From assembly GCA_018664485.1 (NCBI GenBank), contig JABJOE010000007.1, positions 132,353-196,352 of the forward strand: 64,000 bases of DNA. Reading direction: 5' to 3'. Every line of letters begins with the position of its first letter. The stretch's first letter is position 1. Both the position numbers and the translations under genes were made by a program. This document shows positions 48,920-59,223 of the stretch, in pieces. This DNA is from Candidatus Uhrbacteria bacterium (lineage in GTDB: Bacteria > Patescibacteriota > Patescibacteriia > UBA9934). A model generated the notes under the pieces. The model had not been told where the DNA came from and did not search any database. It saw only the letters and a list, made by a program, of their open reading frames with translations.

Positions 48920-49846
48920 ATGCCTCTAGTCACCCTTAAAAAAGTTCTCACAAAAGCCAACAAGCGTAACTATGCGGTTGGAGCTTTCAATATCAACAAC
49001 CTTGAAATGTTGCAGGCCATAATGGAAGCTGCCGAGGCTGAACGCTCTCCGGTAATTATCTCTACAAGTGAAGGGGCGATTAACTACGCTGGTATGATGG
49101 AGCTAGGTTCTTTGGTCCACATTGCGGCAAAACGCTCAAAGCGTCCCGTTGTCTTTCACCTAGACCATGGAAAGAACTACAACCTAGTTGTAGAAGCTAT
49201 CAAAAGTGGGCTCTACACCAGTGTAATGTACGACGGCTCTTCTCTACCCTTCGAACAAAACATTAAAAAGACAAAAAAACTTGTTGCGATGGCACATAAG
49301 CGAGGAATTTCGCTCGAAGCTGAATTGGGATCTATCGCAGGAATTGAAGACTTCGTATCAGTAGAAGAAAAGGACGCTCATCTTACAAATCCAGATCAAG
49401 CGAAAGATTTTATAAGGCGGACCGGATGCGACGCATTGGCAATCGCTGTGGGAACAAGTCACGGTGCATACAAATTCTCAGGAGCATCTAAATTAGACCA
49501 GAAACGCCTCACACAAATCAAACTACTCACAAAGATGCCGCTAGTATTACATGGCGCTTCGGGAGTGCCATCAAATATCAAAAACCTCTGCATTAAATAC
49601 GGATGTAAAATCGAAAAAGCAAAGGGTGTATCTGACGCGAGTATCAAGAAAGCTATTTCAAACGGTATCAACAAAATTAACATCGACACGGATTTACGCA
49701 TCGCATTTGATGCCGGCATCCGAAAGTTTCTCAAAGATAATCCAGAGGTAATTGATCCACGAAAAATACTTACTCCAGCAAAGGAGCTAATTACAAAAGT
49801 CGTTCGACACAAGATGAAGATGTTCGGAAGTAGCAACAAGGGATAA
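48920..49846 (+). CDS. fba: class II fructose-1,6-bisphosphate aldolase
   Basis: YAVGAFN, HLDHG, SVMYDGS, GTSHGAYK, LVLHGASG, KINIDTD. Confidence 0.95.
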   Translation: MPLVTLKKVLTKANKRNYAVGAFNINNLEMLQAIMEAAEAERSPVIISTSEGAINYAGMMELGSLVHIAAKRSKRPVVFHLDHGKNYNLVVEAIKSGLYTSVMYDGSSLPFEQNIKKTKKLVAMAHKRGISLEAELGSIAGIEDFVSVEEKDAHLTNPDQAKDFIRRTGCDALAIAVGTSHGAYKFSGASKLDQKRLTQIKLLTKMPLVLHGASGVPSNIKNLCIKYGCKIEKAKGVSDASIKKAISNGINKINIDTDLRIAFDAGIRKFLKDNPEVIDPRKILTPAKELITKVVRHKMKMFGSSNKG

Positions 49847-49910
49847 GTACTGGATAAACACGGGGCAAAACCTCGTGTTTTGTTATACTGTTATTGAACC
49901 CAAATATACT

Positions 49911-50888
49911 ATGTACGATGTAATAACTATAGGATCAGCAACAAAAGACATCTTTTTAGTGTCTAAACATTTTCAAATAATTCAGTCTGAGCAATTCGCC
50001 ACTGGATATGGAGAGTGCGTTGCTTTCGGATCAAAAATTGAAATCGAAAAAGCGATAATGACGACTGGTGGTGGTGGTACAAACGCAGCTGCAACATTCG
50101 CACAGCTTGGATTTAAAACCGCCGTCATAACTCGAATTGGAGATGACTCTTCGGGACGAGATGTATTAGAGGACTTGAAGTTAGCAGGCGTAAAGACAAC
50201 GCTAGTACAAAAAATTAAAGATGGACAAACCGGTCTCGGAGTTCAGCTCACAGCAAAAGACGGTGAACGATCCGTACTTGTAAACCGAGGTGTCTCAAGT
50301 TCGTTTTCTCCAAAAGATATTCCATGGCCCAAGCTGAAATCAAAATGGATCTACATGACTTCCCTTGCCGGCAACACCGCGCTCGCAGCGCGCATTGCAA
50401 AACACGCAAAAGCAAATAACATTAAGATTGCGTTTAATCCTGGCTCAAAAGAATTAAAAAAAGGTCTACGTGGAATGAAGTCTATAATGGCCAATCTCAC
50501 ACTACTAAACCTCAATCTTGAAGAAGCTCAGCTACTTGCAGGCTCTAAAACAAAAGAGGTCGATGCACTTTGTAAAAAGATCGGACGAGAAGGGCTGACA
50601 CTTATCATTACAGACGGCCCTCGTGGCGCATATGCTCATCAAAACGGAGAAACCTGGTTTGTACGACCAAGCCCTACCAAGGGAATCTCGCGAACAGGGG
50701 CTGGAGACGCTTTCGGATCAGGGCTCGTTGCGAGTCTTGCGAAGGGTAACGATATCCCACACAGCCTTCGTGTCGGAGTCGAAAATGCAGAGTCTATCAT
50801 CCAATCATATGGTGCAAAAATCGGAATTCTCAAAAAGTGGCCAACAAAATCAAGGCTAACTCGATATAAAGTCCGTAAACTTTCTTAA
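49911..50888 (+). CDS. PfkB-family carbohydrate kinase
   Basis: GGGGTNAA, RTGAGDAFGSG. Confidence 0.9.
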   Translation: MYDVITIGSATKDIFLVSKHFQIIQSEQFATGYGECVAFGSKIEIEKAIMTTGGGGTNAAATFAQLGFKTAVITRIGDDSSGRDVLEDLKLAGVKTTLVQKIKDGQTGLGVQLTAKDGERSVLVNRGVSSSFSPKDIPWPKLKSKWIYMTSLAGNTALAARIAKHAKANNIKIAFNPGSKELKKGLRGMKSIMANLTLLNLNLEEAQLLAGSKTKEVDALCKKIGREGLTLIITDGPRGAYAHQNGETWFVRPSPTKGISRTGAGDAFGSGLVASLAKGNDIPHSLRVGVENAESIIQSYGAKIGILKKWPTKSRLTRYKVRKLS

Positions 50889-50889
50889 T

Positions 50890-51579
50890 ATGAACGCACG
50901 ACAGCCGCAGGCGCATAAACATCACAATGGAATTCTAATAGTTCTGGTCATATGCTGTCTATCTCTCTTTATTACTATATTTGGACTTATCGCAATTGAT
51001 CTTTTTGAGACAGAAACCGAAGTACCGTCAGAAACTGTGACCGAAGTTACTAGCGATGAAGATGACGTCGAAGATGATGAGTCAGTAATTGAAATAAGTA
51101 TATTCGATAGATTTGGATCATTGCCTGATTTTGAATACCCATCATCATGGCATATGGTCATAAATGATTACTTCTTCGAAGGAGACAAGACCCAAATACT
51201 AGACATGAGCCCACAACCAATGTGGTTTTGTGAAGGGTGCGACGGACCATACACGCCAATTACAATAACCTCACAAGACTCAGATGCAATTATCAGTAAT
51301 CACGAATCGTTCCTGGCGTTTGTAGAAGCTCGATATGCAGACGAGATGTTTTATACCGATGTTGTAGTAGTGGAGCTAAGCAATGAGCACGGTGATCTTT
51401 ATCAAGTTAGCGGTTCATTTGACGCTCTCGGCTCGGGAACCTTCGATGAACTTGTTTTTGATAACGGAGACCAACTTATAATAGTTAACCTGATGCTTCT
51501 AAGCGGCCTCGAAGAATCTTCCGAATCCGCTGCCTGGGACATCGTTTCATCTTCAATCGACTTTAGTAACATCAACTAA
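50890..51579 (+). CDS. membrane-anchored acidic hypothetical protein
   Basis: N-terminal TM; FEYPSSW; CEGCDGP. Confidence 0.7.
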   Translation: MNARQPQAHKHHNGILIVLVICCLSLFITIFGLIAIDLFETETEVPSETVTEVTSDEDDVEDDESVIEISIFDRFGSLPDFEYPSSWHMVINDYFFEGDKTQILDMSPQPMWFCEGCDGPYTPITITSQDSDAIISNHESFLAFVEARYADEMFYTDVVVVELSNEHGDLYQVSGSFDALGSGTFDELVFDNGDQLIIVNLMLLSGLEESSESAAWDIVSSSIDFSNIN

Positions 51580-51581
51580 AT

Positions 51582-52571
51582 ATGACTAAAATTTTCATCA
51601 CTCGAGACATTCCTGATGAAGGGATTAAAATGCTAAAAAAGCGTAAGAGTATAAAGCTCGATATCTATAATAAGGATACAAAAATTCCTCGACGGGAATT
51701 ACTTAAGCGAGTACGTGGCTGTGACATCATACTGTCTATCCTTACAGAGAAGATCGACGCAAAAGTAATGGATGCAGCAGGGCCTCAGCTTAAAATGATC
51801 GCTAACTATGCTGTAGGATTCAACAACGTAGACCTGGCAGCTGCAAAAGAACGTGGCATCGTAGTTACAAATGCTCCAGGACCTGAAATCGTAGAGTCTG
51901 TAGCTGAACATGCGATCGCCCTTATCTTTGCGCTTGCTCACAGAGTCGTTGAAACCGACAAATTTACTCGAGCCGGAAAATATCATGGATGGGGACCAAA
52001 ACTTCTCCTTGGATCCGACGTCTCGGGGAAAACTCTCGGTGTTATCGGAACTGGTCGGATTGGAAAAGGTCTCATCAAGCGGATGTACGACGGTTTCGGG
52101 GTAAAGATTATCTATAACAACATCAGTCGTGACAAAGCGTTGGAGAAAAAGTACAAAGCAAAATATCGAACGAAGATGCAACTCCTCAAAGAAGCAGACT
52201 TCGTAAGCCTCCACGTACCGCTCTTAGACTCAACTCGACATCTTATTAGCACGAAGGAGCTCAAGGCCATGAAGAAGACCGCTTTTCTCATAAACACCTC
52301 ACGCGGACCGGTTATCGACGAACTCGCGCTTACAAAAGCACTAAAAAGAGGTGAGATCGGAGGAGCCGGCCTCGATGTATATGAATGTGAGCCACTCACT
52401 GACTGCAATCCGAGAGATAGCTACCAGCTTCGAAAGTTATCCAACGTGGTCTTAACACCTCATACTGCATCTGCTACGGTGGAGACACGACAAGCAATGA
52501 GTAGAGTGGCAGCGAAAAATATCTTAGCCTTTTTGGATGGGAAACGACCGCCAAATAGGATAACCAAATAG
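51582..52571 (+). CDS. D-glycerate dehydrogenase / glyoxylate reductase (D-2-hydroxyacid dehydrogenase)
   Basis: YAVGFNNVD, GTGRIG, LHVPL, NTSRGPV, GLDVYE, TPHTAS. Confidence 0.92.
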   Translation: MTKIFITRDIPDEGIKMLKKRKSIKLDIYNKDTKIPRRELLKRVRGCDIILSILTEKIDAKVMDAAGPQLKMIANYAVGFNNVDLAAAKERGIVVTNAPGPEIVESVAEHAIALIFALAHRVVETDKFTRAGKYHGWGPKLLLGSDVSGKTLGVIGTGRIGKGLIKRMYDGFGVKIIYNNISRDKALEKKYKAKYRTKMQLLKEADFVSLHVPLLDSTRHLISTKELKAMKKTAFLINTSRGPVIDELALTKALKRGEIGGAGLDVYECEPLTDCNPRDSYQLRKLSNVVLTPHTASATVETRQAMSRVAAKNILAFLDGKRPPNRITK

Positions 52572-52574
52572 TAT

Positions 52575-53285
52575 ATGACAGACCCTATGCCAAACGGAGC
52601 GCAGTCAAAGAAAAAGACTCATAACCTCATAATCGGGATTCTGGCGATTATCGTAGTTATACTTCTATTCTCTTGGCTTAACGAAGAGTCAGAGGAGATG
52701 TCAAACGACATTTCTGATAATGAGGAAGTTGTAAACGATGATACAGCTGACGAAAAACCAGAAGTTACCGGATCAAATTTTGACGGTATTAGTCCAAGTG
52801 ACTGGGAATTGACAGAGCGTGCAGAGACTGGAATTTCCTCGCTCACATCTGGGCAGCAAATTGATTTCTATGTAATGCCAGATCCTTCAGACGAGAACGT
52901 AGTATACTTTGCTGCAAGCGCATATGACGAAGGTGATGATCAACAGATGATCGGAATCTATAAATATAATACTGACGACTATAATTTCGAACGAATTTTC
53001 CGACGATCTTATGACGCCGGAGATATCGAAGGACTTCCTGAGGAAGCTCGACCTGTTATCCGAGTTGTAGGAGTTGACGACGGACGGCTTGTTCTACTAG
53101 TACAGAGCAACGACGATTCTCCAGGACCATGTTCACAGCCACTTCTGCTCGCTGACTCAGATGGTCGGCTAATGTGGAGTATGAGTGTGTCGGATCCATA
53201 TGGTGGATTTGAAGAATACGTACTTGATGAAGAAGTTCGTGCGGATGCAGAGTTAGCACAAGCAACTTGCGAAGAAGCTTTCTAG
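52575..53285 (+). CDS. membrane-anchored acidic hypothetical protein
   Basis: N-terminal TM; DDSPGPC motif. Confidence 0.7.
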   Translation: MTDPMPNGAQSKKKTHNLIIGILAIIVVILLFSWLNEESEEMSNDISDNEEVVNDDTADEKPEVTGSNFDGISPSDWELTERAETGISSLTSGQQIDFYVMPDPSDENVVYFAASAYDEGDDQQMIGIYKYNTDDYNFERIFRRSYDAGDIEGLPEEARPVIRVVGVDDGRLVLLVQSNDDSPGPCSQPLLLADSDGRLMWSMSVSDPYGGFEEYVLDEEVRADAELAQATCEEAF

Positions 53286-53309
53286 GCGCCACAAGCCCGC
53301 AAAGCAAAG

Positions 53310-53346
53310 CGACCGCCAGCCCGACAAAATGGGCGGCGGTCGTTTT
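53310..53346 (+). terminator. intrinsic terminator (possibly bidirectional)
   Basis: CGACCGCC.GCCC...GGGCGGCGGTCG followed by TTTT. Confidence 0.7.
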
Positions 53347-53450
53347 AGTTTTCATAACTGCTCATGGAGATAATAAAGGAGTTTAATCGTACTATTAACC
53401 CATCTACAAAACAAAACATCCTGACCAGCAAAATTGATCAGAATGCTTCA

Positions 53451-53527
53451 TGGTGGACCCTAAGGGATTCGAACCCTTGACCCCCTGCTTGCAAAGCAGG
53501 TGCTCTAGCCAACTGAGCTAAGGGCCC
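53451..53527 (-). tRNA. tRNA-Ala(TGC), CCA encoded
   Basis: Minus strand GGGCCCTTAGCTCAGTTGGCTAGAGCACCTGCTTTGCAAGCAGG...GGTTCGAATCCC...TCCACCA; G3:U70 pair; promoter TTGACA-17-TATGCT at 53560-53588. Confidence 0.97.
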
Positions 53528-53631
53528 ACATTCTTGAGACAGTATCTCAAAGCGACAATAGCATACGTTTATAGCGTAAAACTGTCAATAAGGGCAGGGA
53601 TATATAGGGCTCCATGTTACAATATCGTCAT

Positions 53632-55011
53632 ATGAAAAAAGTTATATTACTGGCATTTATATTAATTTTTGCGCCAGTTTTCACGTTTGCAGCTCAAGAA
53701 GACAGCGATCAGATCCAAGCTCGCCTATTTTCCACAGATGGTGCCATTACGGGGTCTTTCACGCCTTTTGATGAAGATTATCGTGGTTCAGGCAGCATAG
53801 CTACAGCTGACCTTGGTAATGACGGGATTTCGGAACTTATCATAGGTGCCGGACCCGGCCTTACCCCTGACGTCATGATCTATCGGCAAGACGGGACAGA
53901 AATCGGATCGTTCCTAGCATACGAGGAAACATTTGATCGCGGAGTAAATGTTGCGGTATGCGATGTCGACAATGATAGTGAAATGGATATTATTACAGCT
54001 CCAATGTTTGGCGGCGGTCCGCATGTTCGCATATTTAATACTTGGGGCGAACTTAAATCCGAATTCTTTGCGTACGACGAAACATTTTTGGGTGGCGTAA
54101 ACATTAGTTGCGGAGATGTAGACGGCGATGGTTTTGACGACATAATTACTGGCCCCGGAATTACAGGCGGTCCGCATGTTCGTATTTTTTCAAATGACGG
54201 TACACAACTTTTTGAAATGTTTACCGGGAGTGCTGATGACAACACAGGAATCACCGTTGCAGCCGCTGACTTAAACGGAGACGGAGATGCAGAAATAATT
54301 TCTGGCCGAGCCGGTTACGGAAACCCGACAGTTGTAGTTCTCGATCTCATAAACGGTCAACTTCGTTTCGTTCTTTCACTAGATGCATTCGATGATTATC
54401 GAAACGGTATCCAAGTTTTTTCAGGAGATATTGATCAGGATGGAATGGATGAAATTGGTGCCACAACTCAAGGTGGATACGAAACTTCCATAGCATTATT
54501 CGAAATGACTGGAGCGAAAGCGCTCTCGCTTACGACCGACGGAGAAAGTACAGAACACGGTATCGTGGCATCATTCATTGAAGATGATGACCCTACACTT
54601 TTTACGCTAACATCAGAGCAAAAAACGCAAAATGAAACAGGTCAATATATTCTCGTTGACCTCTCTGAACAAACACTTTATGCATACGAAGACGGGGCGC
54701 TTGTACTCGCTTCCCTGGTATCAACTGGTAAGTATTACTATCCGACACCCCAAGGTAGAACTGAAGTATCTGCAAAACTTTTGTGGCATGATTACGTGTG
54801 GTCATACGGTGAAGATGACCCAAGTAATTACAGTTTACCTGATGTAAAATACAACATGCGTTTCCGTTCACACTACTATTTACATTACGCATACTGGCAC
54901 AACAACTTCGGAAATAAAATGAGTCACGGTTGTGTGAATATGCCTTACGATGAAATTGAATTTGTTTACAATTGGGCAGACGTCGGAGTTGGAGTAGAAA
55001 TTGTAGAGTAG
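53632..55011 (+). CDS. L,D-transpeptidase (YkuD) with FG-GAP repeats
   Basis: Signal peptide; GDVDGDG...GGPHVRIF repeats; VDLSEQ, VSTGK, HYAYWH...SHGCVN. Confidence 0.9.
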   Translation: MKKVILLAFILIFAPVFTFAAQEDSDQIQARLFSTDGAITGSFTPFDEDYRGSGSIATADLGNDGISELIIGAGPGLTPDVMIYRQDGTEIGSFLAYEETFDRGVNVAVCDVDNDSEMDIITAPMFGGGPHVRIFNTWGELKSEFFAYDETFLGGVNISCGDVDGDGFDDIITGPGITGGPHVRIFSNDGTQLFEMFTGSADDNTGITVAAADLNGDGDAEIISGRAGYGNPTVVVLDLINGQLRFVLSLDAFDDYRNGIQVFSGDIDQDGMDEIGATTQGGYETSIALFEMTGAKALSLTTDGESTEHGIVASFIEDDDPTLFTLTSEQKTQNETGQYILVDLSEQTLYAYEDGALVLASLVSTGKYYYPTPQGRTEVSAKLLWHDYVWSYGEDDPSNYSLPDVKYNMRFRSHYYLHYAYWHNNFGNKMSHGCVNMPYDEIEFVYNWADVGVGVEIVE

Positions 55012-55235
55012 AAAATTTTATTGTTGTGCATAACTTTCACGTTTTTGTTTTTTTTATTGCACAAACAACGATATACTTTAAACAGAAGCATTTTTGTTTC
55101 TTCGTTGTATGGTGCACGCACGTGCGCATGATGCAGTGAAAAAAATTTGCGCGACGATCAAAAAAAACTTTGCTGTCGACAAAGTGATCGACGTGACATA
55201 TGACATTTCAATTGTCACTAGAAAGGGTACAAAAT

Positions 55236-55526
55236 ATGCCTGCTAAAAAACGAAAGCCAGCTAAAAAGAAAGTAGCTAAGCGAAAGCCTGCGAAACGCAA
55301 AGTTGCGAAACGTAAGCCAGCTAAGCGAAAGGTTGCTAAGCGTAAGCCTGCAAAACGAAAGACTGCAGCAAAGCGTAAACCAGCTAAAAAGAAAGTAGCT
55401 AAGCGAAAGCCTGCGAAACGCAAAGTTGCGAAACGTAAGCCAGCTAAGCGAAAGGTTGCTAAGCGTAAGCCTGCAAAACGAAAGACTGCAGCAAAGCGTA
55501 AACCAGCTAAACGTAAAAAGCGTTAA
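55236..55526 (+). CDS. histone H1-like basic repeat protein (Hc2-like)
   Basis: 96 aa made almost entirely of KRKPAKRKVA repeats. Confidence 0.8.
   Translation: MPAKKRKPAKKKVAKRKPAKRKVAKRKPAKRKVAKRKPAKRKTAAKRKPAKKKVAKRKPAKRKVAKRKPAKRKVAKRKPAKRKTAAKRKPAKRKKR
55257..55502 (+). repeat. exact 123-bp tandem duplication inside the histone-like gene
   Basis: 55257-55379 is identical to 55380-55502. Confidence 0.9.
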
Positions 55527-55531
55527 GCTAA

Positions 55532-55693
55532 CGGTATCTCTGCGGAATCATGTCCCGAGATCAAAGTTAGATAATTTCAATCAAAGAGAAGAAAGATTGA
55601 TAAAGCGATGCATGAGCATCGGTGAAGAAATCTGACGAAGTCTTTGGAAGAAAGGATCGCTTTTATCCGGTACAAGATTCTGTAGAGGTGCCG
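55532..55693 (+). repeat. long intergenic hairpin (divergent family member)
   Basis: CGGTATCTCTGCGGAATC...GATTCTGTAGAGGTGCCG arms; apical CGATGC-ATGA-GCATCGGTGAAGA. Confidence 0.6.
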
Positions 55694-55782
55694 CAACAAC
55701 AAAATACCCGCCGTTCCAGGAGGACTCCGTAGGAGGAATCAACTTGGGACGTGCGGGAATTTTGTTTGAAAATTTTGTATAC

Positions 55783-57126
55783 CTAACTACGTCGAACAAT
55801 CGATGTAACCGAACCAATACATAGCCCCAATAAAGAACCTGCCATACCTTTTACTATTAGCGTTGGTTCAATCCCCGCACCAAGAATATCAAGAGTTGAA
55901 ATTAGCAAGAGAAACACCAATCCGACAACCAGCGTTATCTCAATAGTTAATCTTTTAATACTCGGCCGTACCCAGGTGGCAATTACTGGAACAGCAAGAG
56001 CTGCAGCGAACGCGACAAACAAATATGTAGTAACAATAACGCTTGCAAGTAGCAGTGCTACGATAGTGCAGATTACGACCATTACAGCGATAAAAATACG
56101 TGTCAATTTTACAACCTTCCGTTTTGAATAGTCGCGCGACAAATAGTCTTGAACGAAAGACGACGCTGCAGTAAATGCATACGTATCCATAGAAGACATG
56201 AATGCTCCGAAGAACACGATCACTGCTAAGCCTCCGAACCCTACAGGTAGTAGCTGCGTAAACCCTTCAATTATAGCCGTATCAGGGTCCAAACCTGGTA
56301 ACGCCGACTTAATCGCAAGACCGACGAGCGTTAAAATCGCTCCAACGACAACATATATAATGATTGAATAAAAAATGCTCTTGCTCATCGTATCGGTATC
56401 TTTCATTGCATAAACCCGCTGCCAAAGGTCTGGTGACGCAAACGGAAGCAAAAATCCCATCAACAAGAAACCTATGATCGTCTTTGCACCAGCCGAGACG
56501 ATGTTCATATCTCCAACCTCAAATCCCCCACCCATCATTAACGTTCCCGCGAATAACGCTAGGATGAATACTATTACCCCATACTGCAATACGTCCGTCT
56601 TAACTACAGCCTTGAAACCTGCAAGAAGCAAATATATCAAAACCACAGAAGACGTAAGAATTGTTGCCACCGTATAATTGATACCCGTATATAAGTTGAT
56701 TACCTTCGCAGAACCAACTAAACTTGCCACAAAAAATCCAACCATCATAATAATATTGATGCTAGATGCCAGCTTCGCCGATAATGGACTGAACTTTTTC
56801 CGAAAATAATCCCCAAGAGTATAAAATCTTCCCTCAGATATCTTACGTAACTTTTTAGCAAATGGAATAAATGCAAAATATCCCAAACCTATTCCAATGA
56901 AAACCCAAAAAGCTGAAATGCCATAAAAATACAATAACGCTGTATACGCCAGCAGAATTCCGCCGGTCTTAGTCGCATTGATCGTGGCAATTCCCGACAA
57001 AATACCTAGCTTTCTGTCAGCAATTAAAAAGCTCTCCTCTGTTTCACGCTTGGAAGCTACATAACCGATCGCAACAACGAGGATAAGATATATAGCTATG
57101 AAGAAATAATCTATTGGTACAAACAT
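55783..57126 (-). CDS. sodium:solute symporter (SSS) family transporter
   Basis: ESFLIADRKLG, AVVKTDVLQ, PDLWQRVYA, AFMSSMD; about 13 TM. Confidence 0.88.
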   Translation of the reverse strand: MFVPIDYFFIAIYLILVVAIGYVASKRETEESFLIADRKLGILSGIATINATKTGGILLAYTALLYFYGISAFWVFIGIGLGYFAFIPFAKKLRKISEGRFYTLGDYFRKKFSPLSAKLASSINIIMMVGFFVASLVGSAKVINLYTGINYTVATILTSSVVLIYLLLAGFKAVVKTDVLQYGVIVFILALFAGTLMMGGGFEVGDMNIVSAGAKTIIGFLLMGFLLPFASPDLWQRVYAMKDTDTMSKSIFYSIIIYVVVGAILTLVGLAIKSALPGLDPDTAIIEGFTQLLPVGFGGLAVIVFFGAFMSSMDTYAFTAASSFVQDYLSRDYSKRKVVKLTRIFIAVMVVICTIVALLLASVIVTTYLFVAFAAALAVPVIATWVRPSIKRLTIEITLVVGLVFLLLISTLDILGAGIEPTLIVKGMAGSLLGLCIGSVTSIVRRS

Positions 57127-57265
57127 ATAAGTAATAATTTTATAGAAAGAGAATACCAACATTGAGGATAAAATGGGCTAAGATATAGACAAAATTGGCT
57201 AACTTTGGTATAAAATCAGCACAAATCAAGATAAATATTGTCAACGGTTTTCTGACAACTTAGAT

Positions 57266-58015
57266 ATGACTGGAAAACAACTACTAAAAAGGCTGGGCCT
57301 TAACAAACGTGAAGTAGAAGTCTACTTAGCCGGATTAAGCGCCGGACCATCAACGGCACGTGCGTTATCACAAAAAGCAAAGCTCGGTCGCCAACTAACC
57401 TACAACGCCCTTACTTCCCTTCAAGATAAGGGGCTCTTAAGTACATCCGGGCCAAAGTACAAAACAGTTTTCATAATGGAGTCTGCAGATAAACTCGCAA
57501 AGTTGATTCACAGAAGGCGGATGGAGCTCGAAACAATCGAAAACAATCTTGACCAGCTAGCTGGACTGCTAGAGAAACCGAAAAAGAATGCCAACAAGTC
57601 AAATGTCCGTGTCTACACTGGTATAGAAGGACTCAAACAAATCGCTATGGAGTCAACTGAATCAAAAGAAAAAGTCGTACGCTCTTTGGTTTCGATAAAG
57701 CATGTTACAGATACTATAAGTCGATCTTTTTTATCCAGTTGGATTGGAGAAATTCGAGAGCGTAAAATCAAAAGCAAAAGTTTGTGGACAGTGGAAAATG
57801 TCGATCCGATATATCAAACCGGTTTTCGAAATCTGCGTGTTATTCCAAAAGGTATGAAGCTTCCAGCAGGTCTGCTAATTTACGACAATACAGTAATGAT
57901 CTTCACGCCTAAACCAGATGTAATGGGGATAGTTATTGATAATAAAGAAATCGCGCAAACCATGAAAACGATCCACGATAGCATTTGGAAACAGTCATCT
58001 CCTCCCAGGAGATAG
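57266..58015 (+). CDS. TrmB-family transcriptional regulator
   Basis: LGLNKREVEVYLA wHTH; VRVYTGIEG; promoter TAGACA-17-TATAAA at 57186-57214. Confidence 0.88.
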   Translation: MTGKQLLKRLGLNKREVEVYLAGLSAGPSTARALSQKAKLGRQLTYNALTSLQDKGLLSTSGPKYKTVFIMESADKLAKLIHRRRMELETIENNLDQLAGLLEKPKKNANKSNVRVYTGIEGLKQIAMESTESKEKVVRSLVSIKHVTDTISRSFLSSWIGEIRERKIKSKSLWTVENVDPIYQTGFRNLRVIPKGMKLPAGLLIYDNTVMIFTPKPDVMGIVIDNKEIAQTMKTIHDSIWKQSSPPRR

Positions 58016-58046
58016 TCGTGTACCTGTAAATTTAGTAATAAGACTT

Positions 58047-58571
58047 ATGAACTACCCAATACTCATTACAGGAATCGCTGCATCAGGAAAAACAACGGTC
58101 TGCAAAGAATTGAAACGGCTAGGATATAACGCTGTAGACATAGAACGAATAGAGGGAATGTTTACAAAAGTAGTTCGATCAACGGGAGAGCCGTATACTG
58201 GTCCCGATAAAAACAGTATTGCTGTCGTGAAGCGAACAGACTGGATTTGCGATAAGACCAAACTTACTACCTTTCTGAATGATCAAGAAGGGATTATTTT
58301 CTGTGGTGGTGTCGCCGCCAATATAGAAGAAATCATTCCACTTTTTAAAAAAGTAATTCTACTAACGGCAGGTCGTGAAACTATTGGCGAACGACTGCAA
58401 ACTCGTACCGGAACAGGTTTTGGAAAAGATCCGGAAGTTCAAGAAATGATTCTTGGACAAATCGACTCTGTAAATCAAGATATTGTAAGTAACGGCGCAG
58501 TTACAGTTGACACCGATCGACCACTTAACGAAGTTACAGAAGAAATCCTAGGAAAGACAAATTTACATTGA
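58047..58571 (+). CDS. P-loop nucleoside/shikimate-like kinase
   Basis: ITGIAASGKTT; ERLQTR lid. Confidence 0.8.
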   Translation: MNYPILITGIAASGKTTVCKELKRLGYNAVDIERIEGMFTKVVRSTGEPYTGPDKNSIAVVKRTDWICDKTKLTTFLNDQEGIIFCGGVAANIEEIIPLFKKVILLTAGRETIGERLQTRTGTGFGKDPEVQEMILGQIDSVNQDIVSNGAVTVDTDRPLNEVTEEILGKTNLH

Positions 58572-58639
58572 TTACCTATAAGTAAAATCAGTAACTCTAG
58601 TCGCTCTTTCCAATTAGATTCACATGATATAATTTACAC

Positions 58640-58918
58640 ATGAAAAATGACCCAGCATACAAAACGTTGCTTCAGGCAATCATTGATGAAGAGGCTAAGC
58701 AGACAGGTAAAATGTATGTAGGGATACTTGCATCAAAATTTGGAATCGAGGTAGATTTCGACTTTAAAATTAAGAAATACTCAGGTCACGGACAAAAAAC
58801 TGCAAAACAGTTAGTTACAAGATTTATCGATTTTGGAGGAGAGGCTACACGAATCAAATTAATAAAAGCGACACAACCTGTGCTAGATGCCAACCCAAAA
58901 ATAAAACTAAATATTTAA
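58640..58918 (+). CDS. small hypothetical protein
   Basis: 92-aa ORF in an apparent operon with the next gene. Confidence 0.65.
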   Translation: MKNDPAYKTLLQAIIDEEAKQTGKMYVGILASKFGIEVDFDFKIKKYSGHGQKTAKQLVTRFIDFGGEATRIKLIKATQPVLDANPKIKLNI

Positions 58919-58919
58919 T

Positions 58920-59213
58920 ATGATTTTGTACGAAATTTTTCCAAACGCAATTGCCGCCACACTATCTTTAGTGGCGATAATTATGCTATTTAAATTCGCT
59001 CAAAAAATGAAGGGCGGTAAACTTTCAGAGGTAATAAACTATCTGGTAGTTGGAATACTGTTCTCAGTTACTATCCATGCGGTTTTTGAACTATTGCATG
59101 CAATGGAATTGATAAGTGCCGAGGCACTATTACCTATCATGGGAGCTCTACTTTCAATAGGATCTGTCAGTTTTCTCATTGCAGGATACAAAGGACTAAA
59201 GGCACTGAAATAA
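58920..59213 (+). CDS. small membrane protein (3 TM)
   Basis: 97-aa hydrophobic ORF. Confidence 0.65.
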   Translation: MILYEIFPNAIAATLSLVAIIMLFKFAQKMKGGKLSEVINYLVVGILFSVTIHAVFELLHAMELISAEALLPIMGALLSIGSVSFLIAGYKGLKALK

Positions 59214-59223
59214 ATTACTCTTT

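Noticed and set aside
53451-53527. tRNA-Ala as an integration site for an island
   Set aside because: No duplicated tRNA 3' end or integrase was seen in the window.
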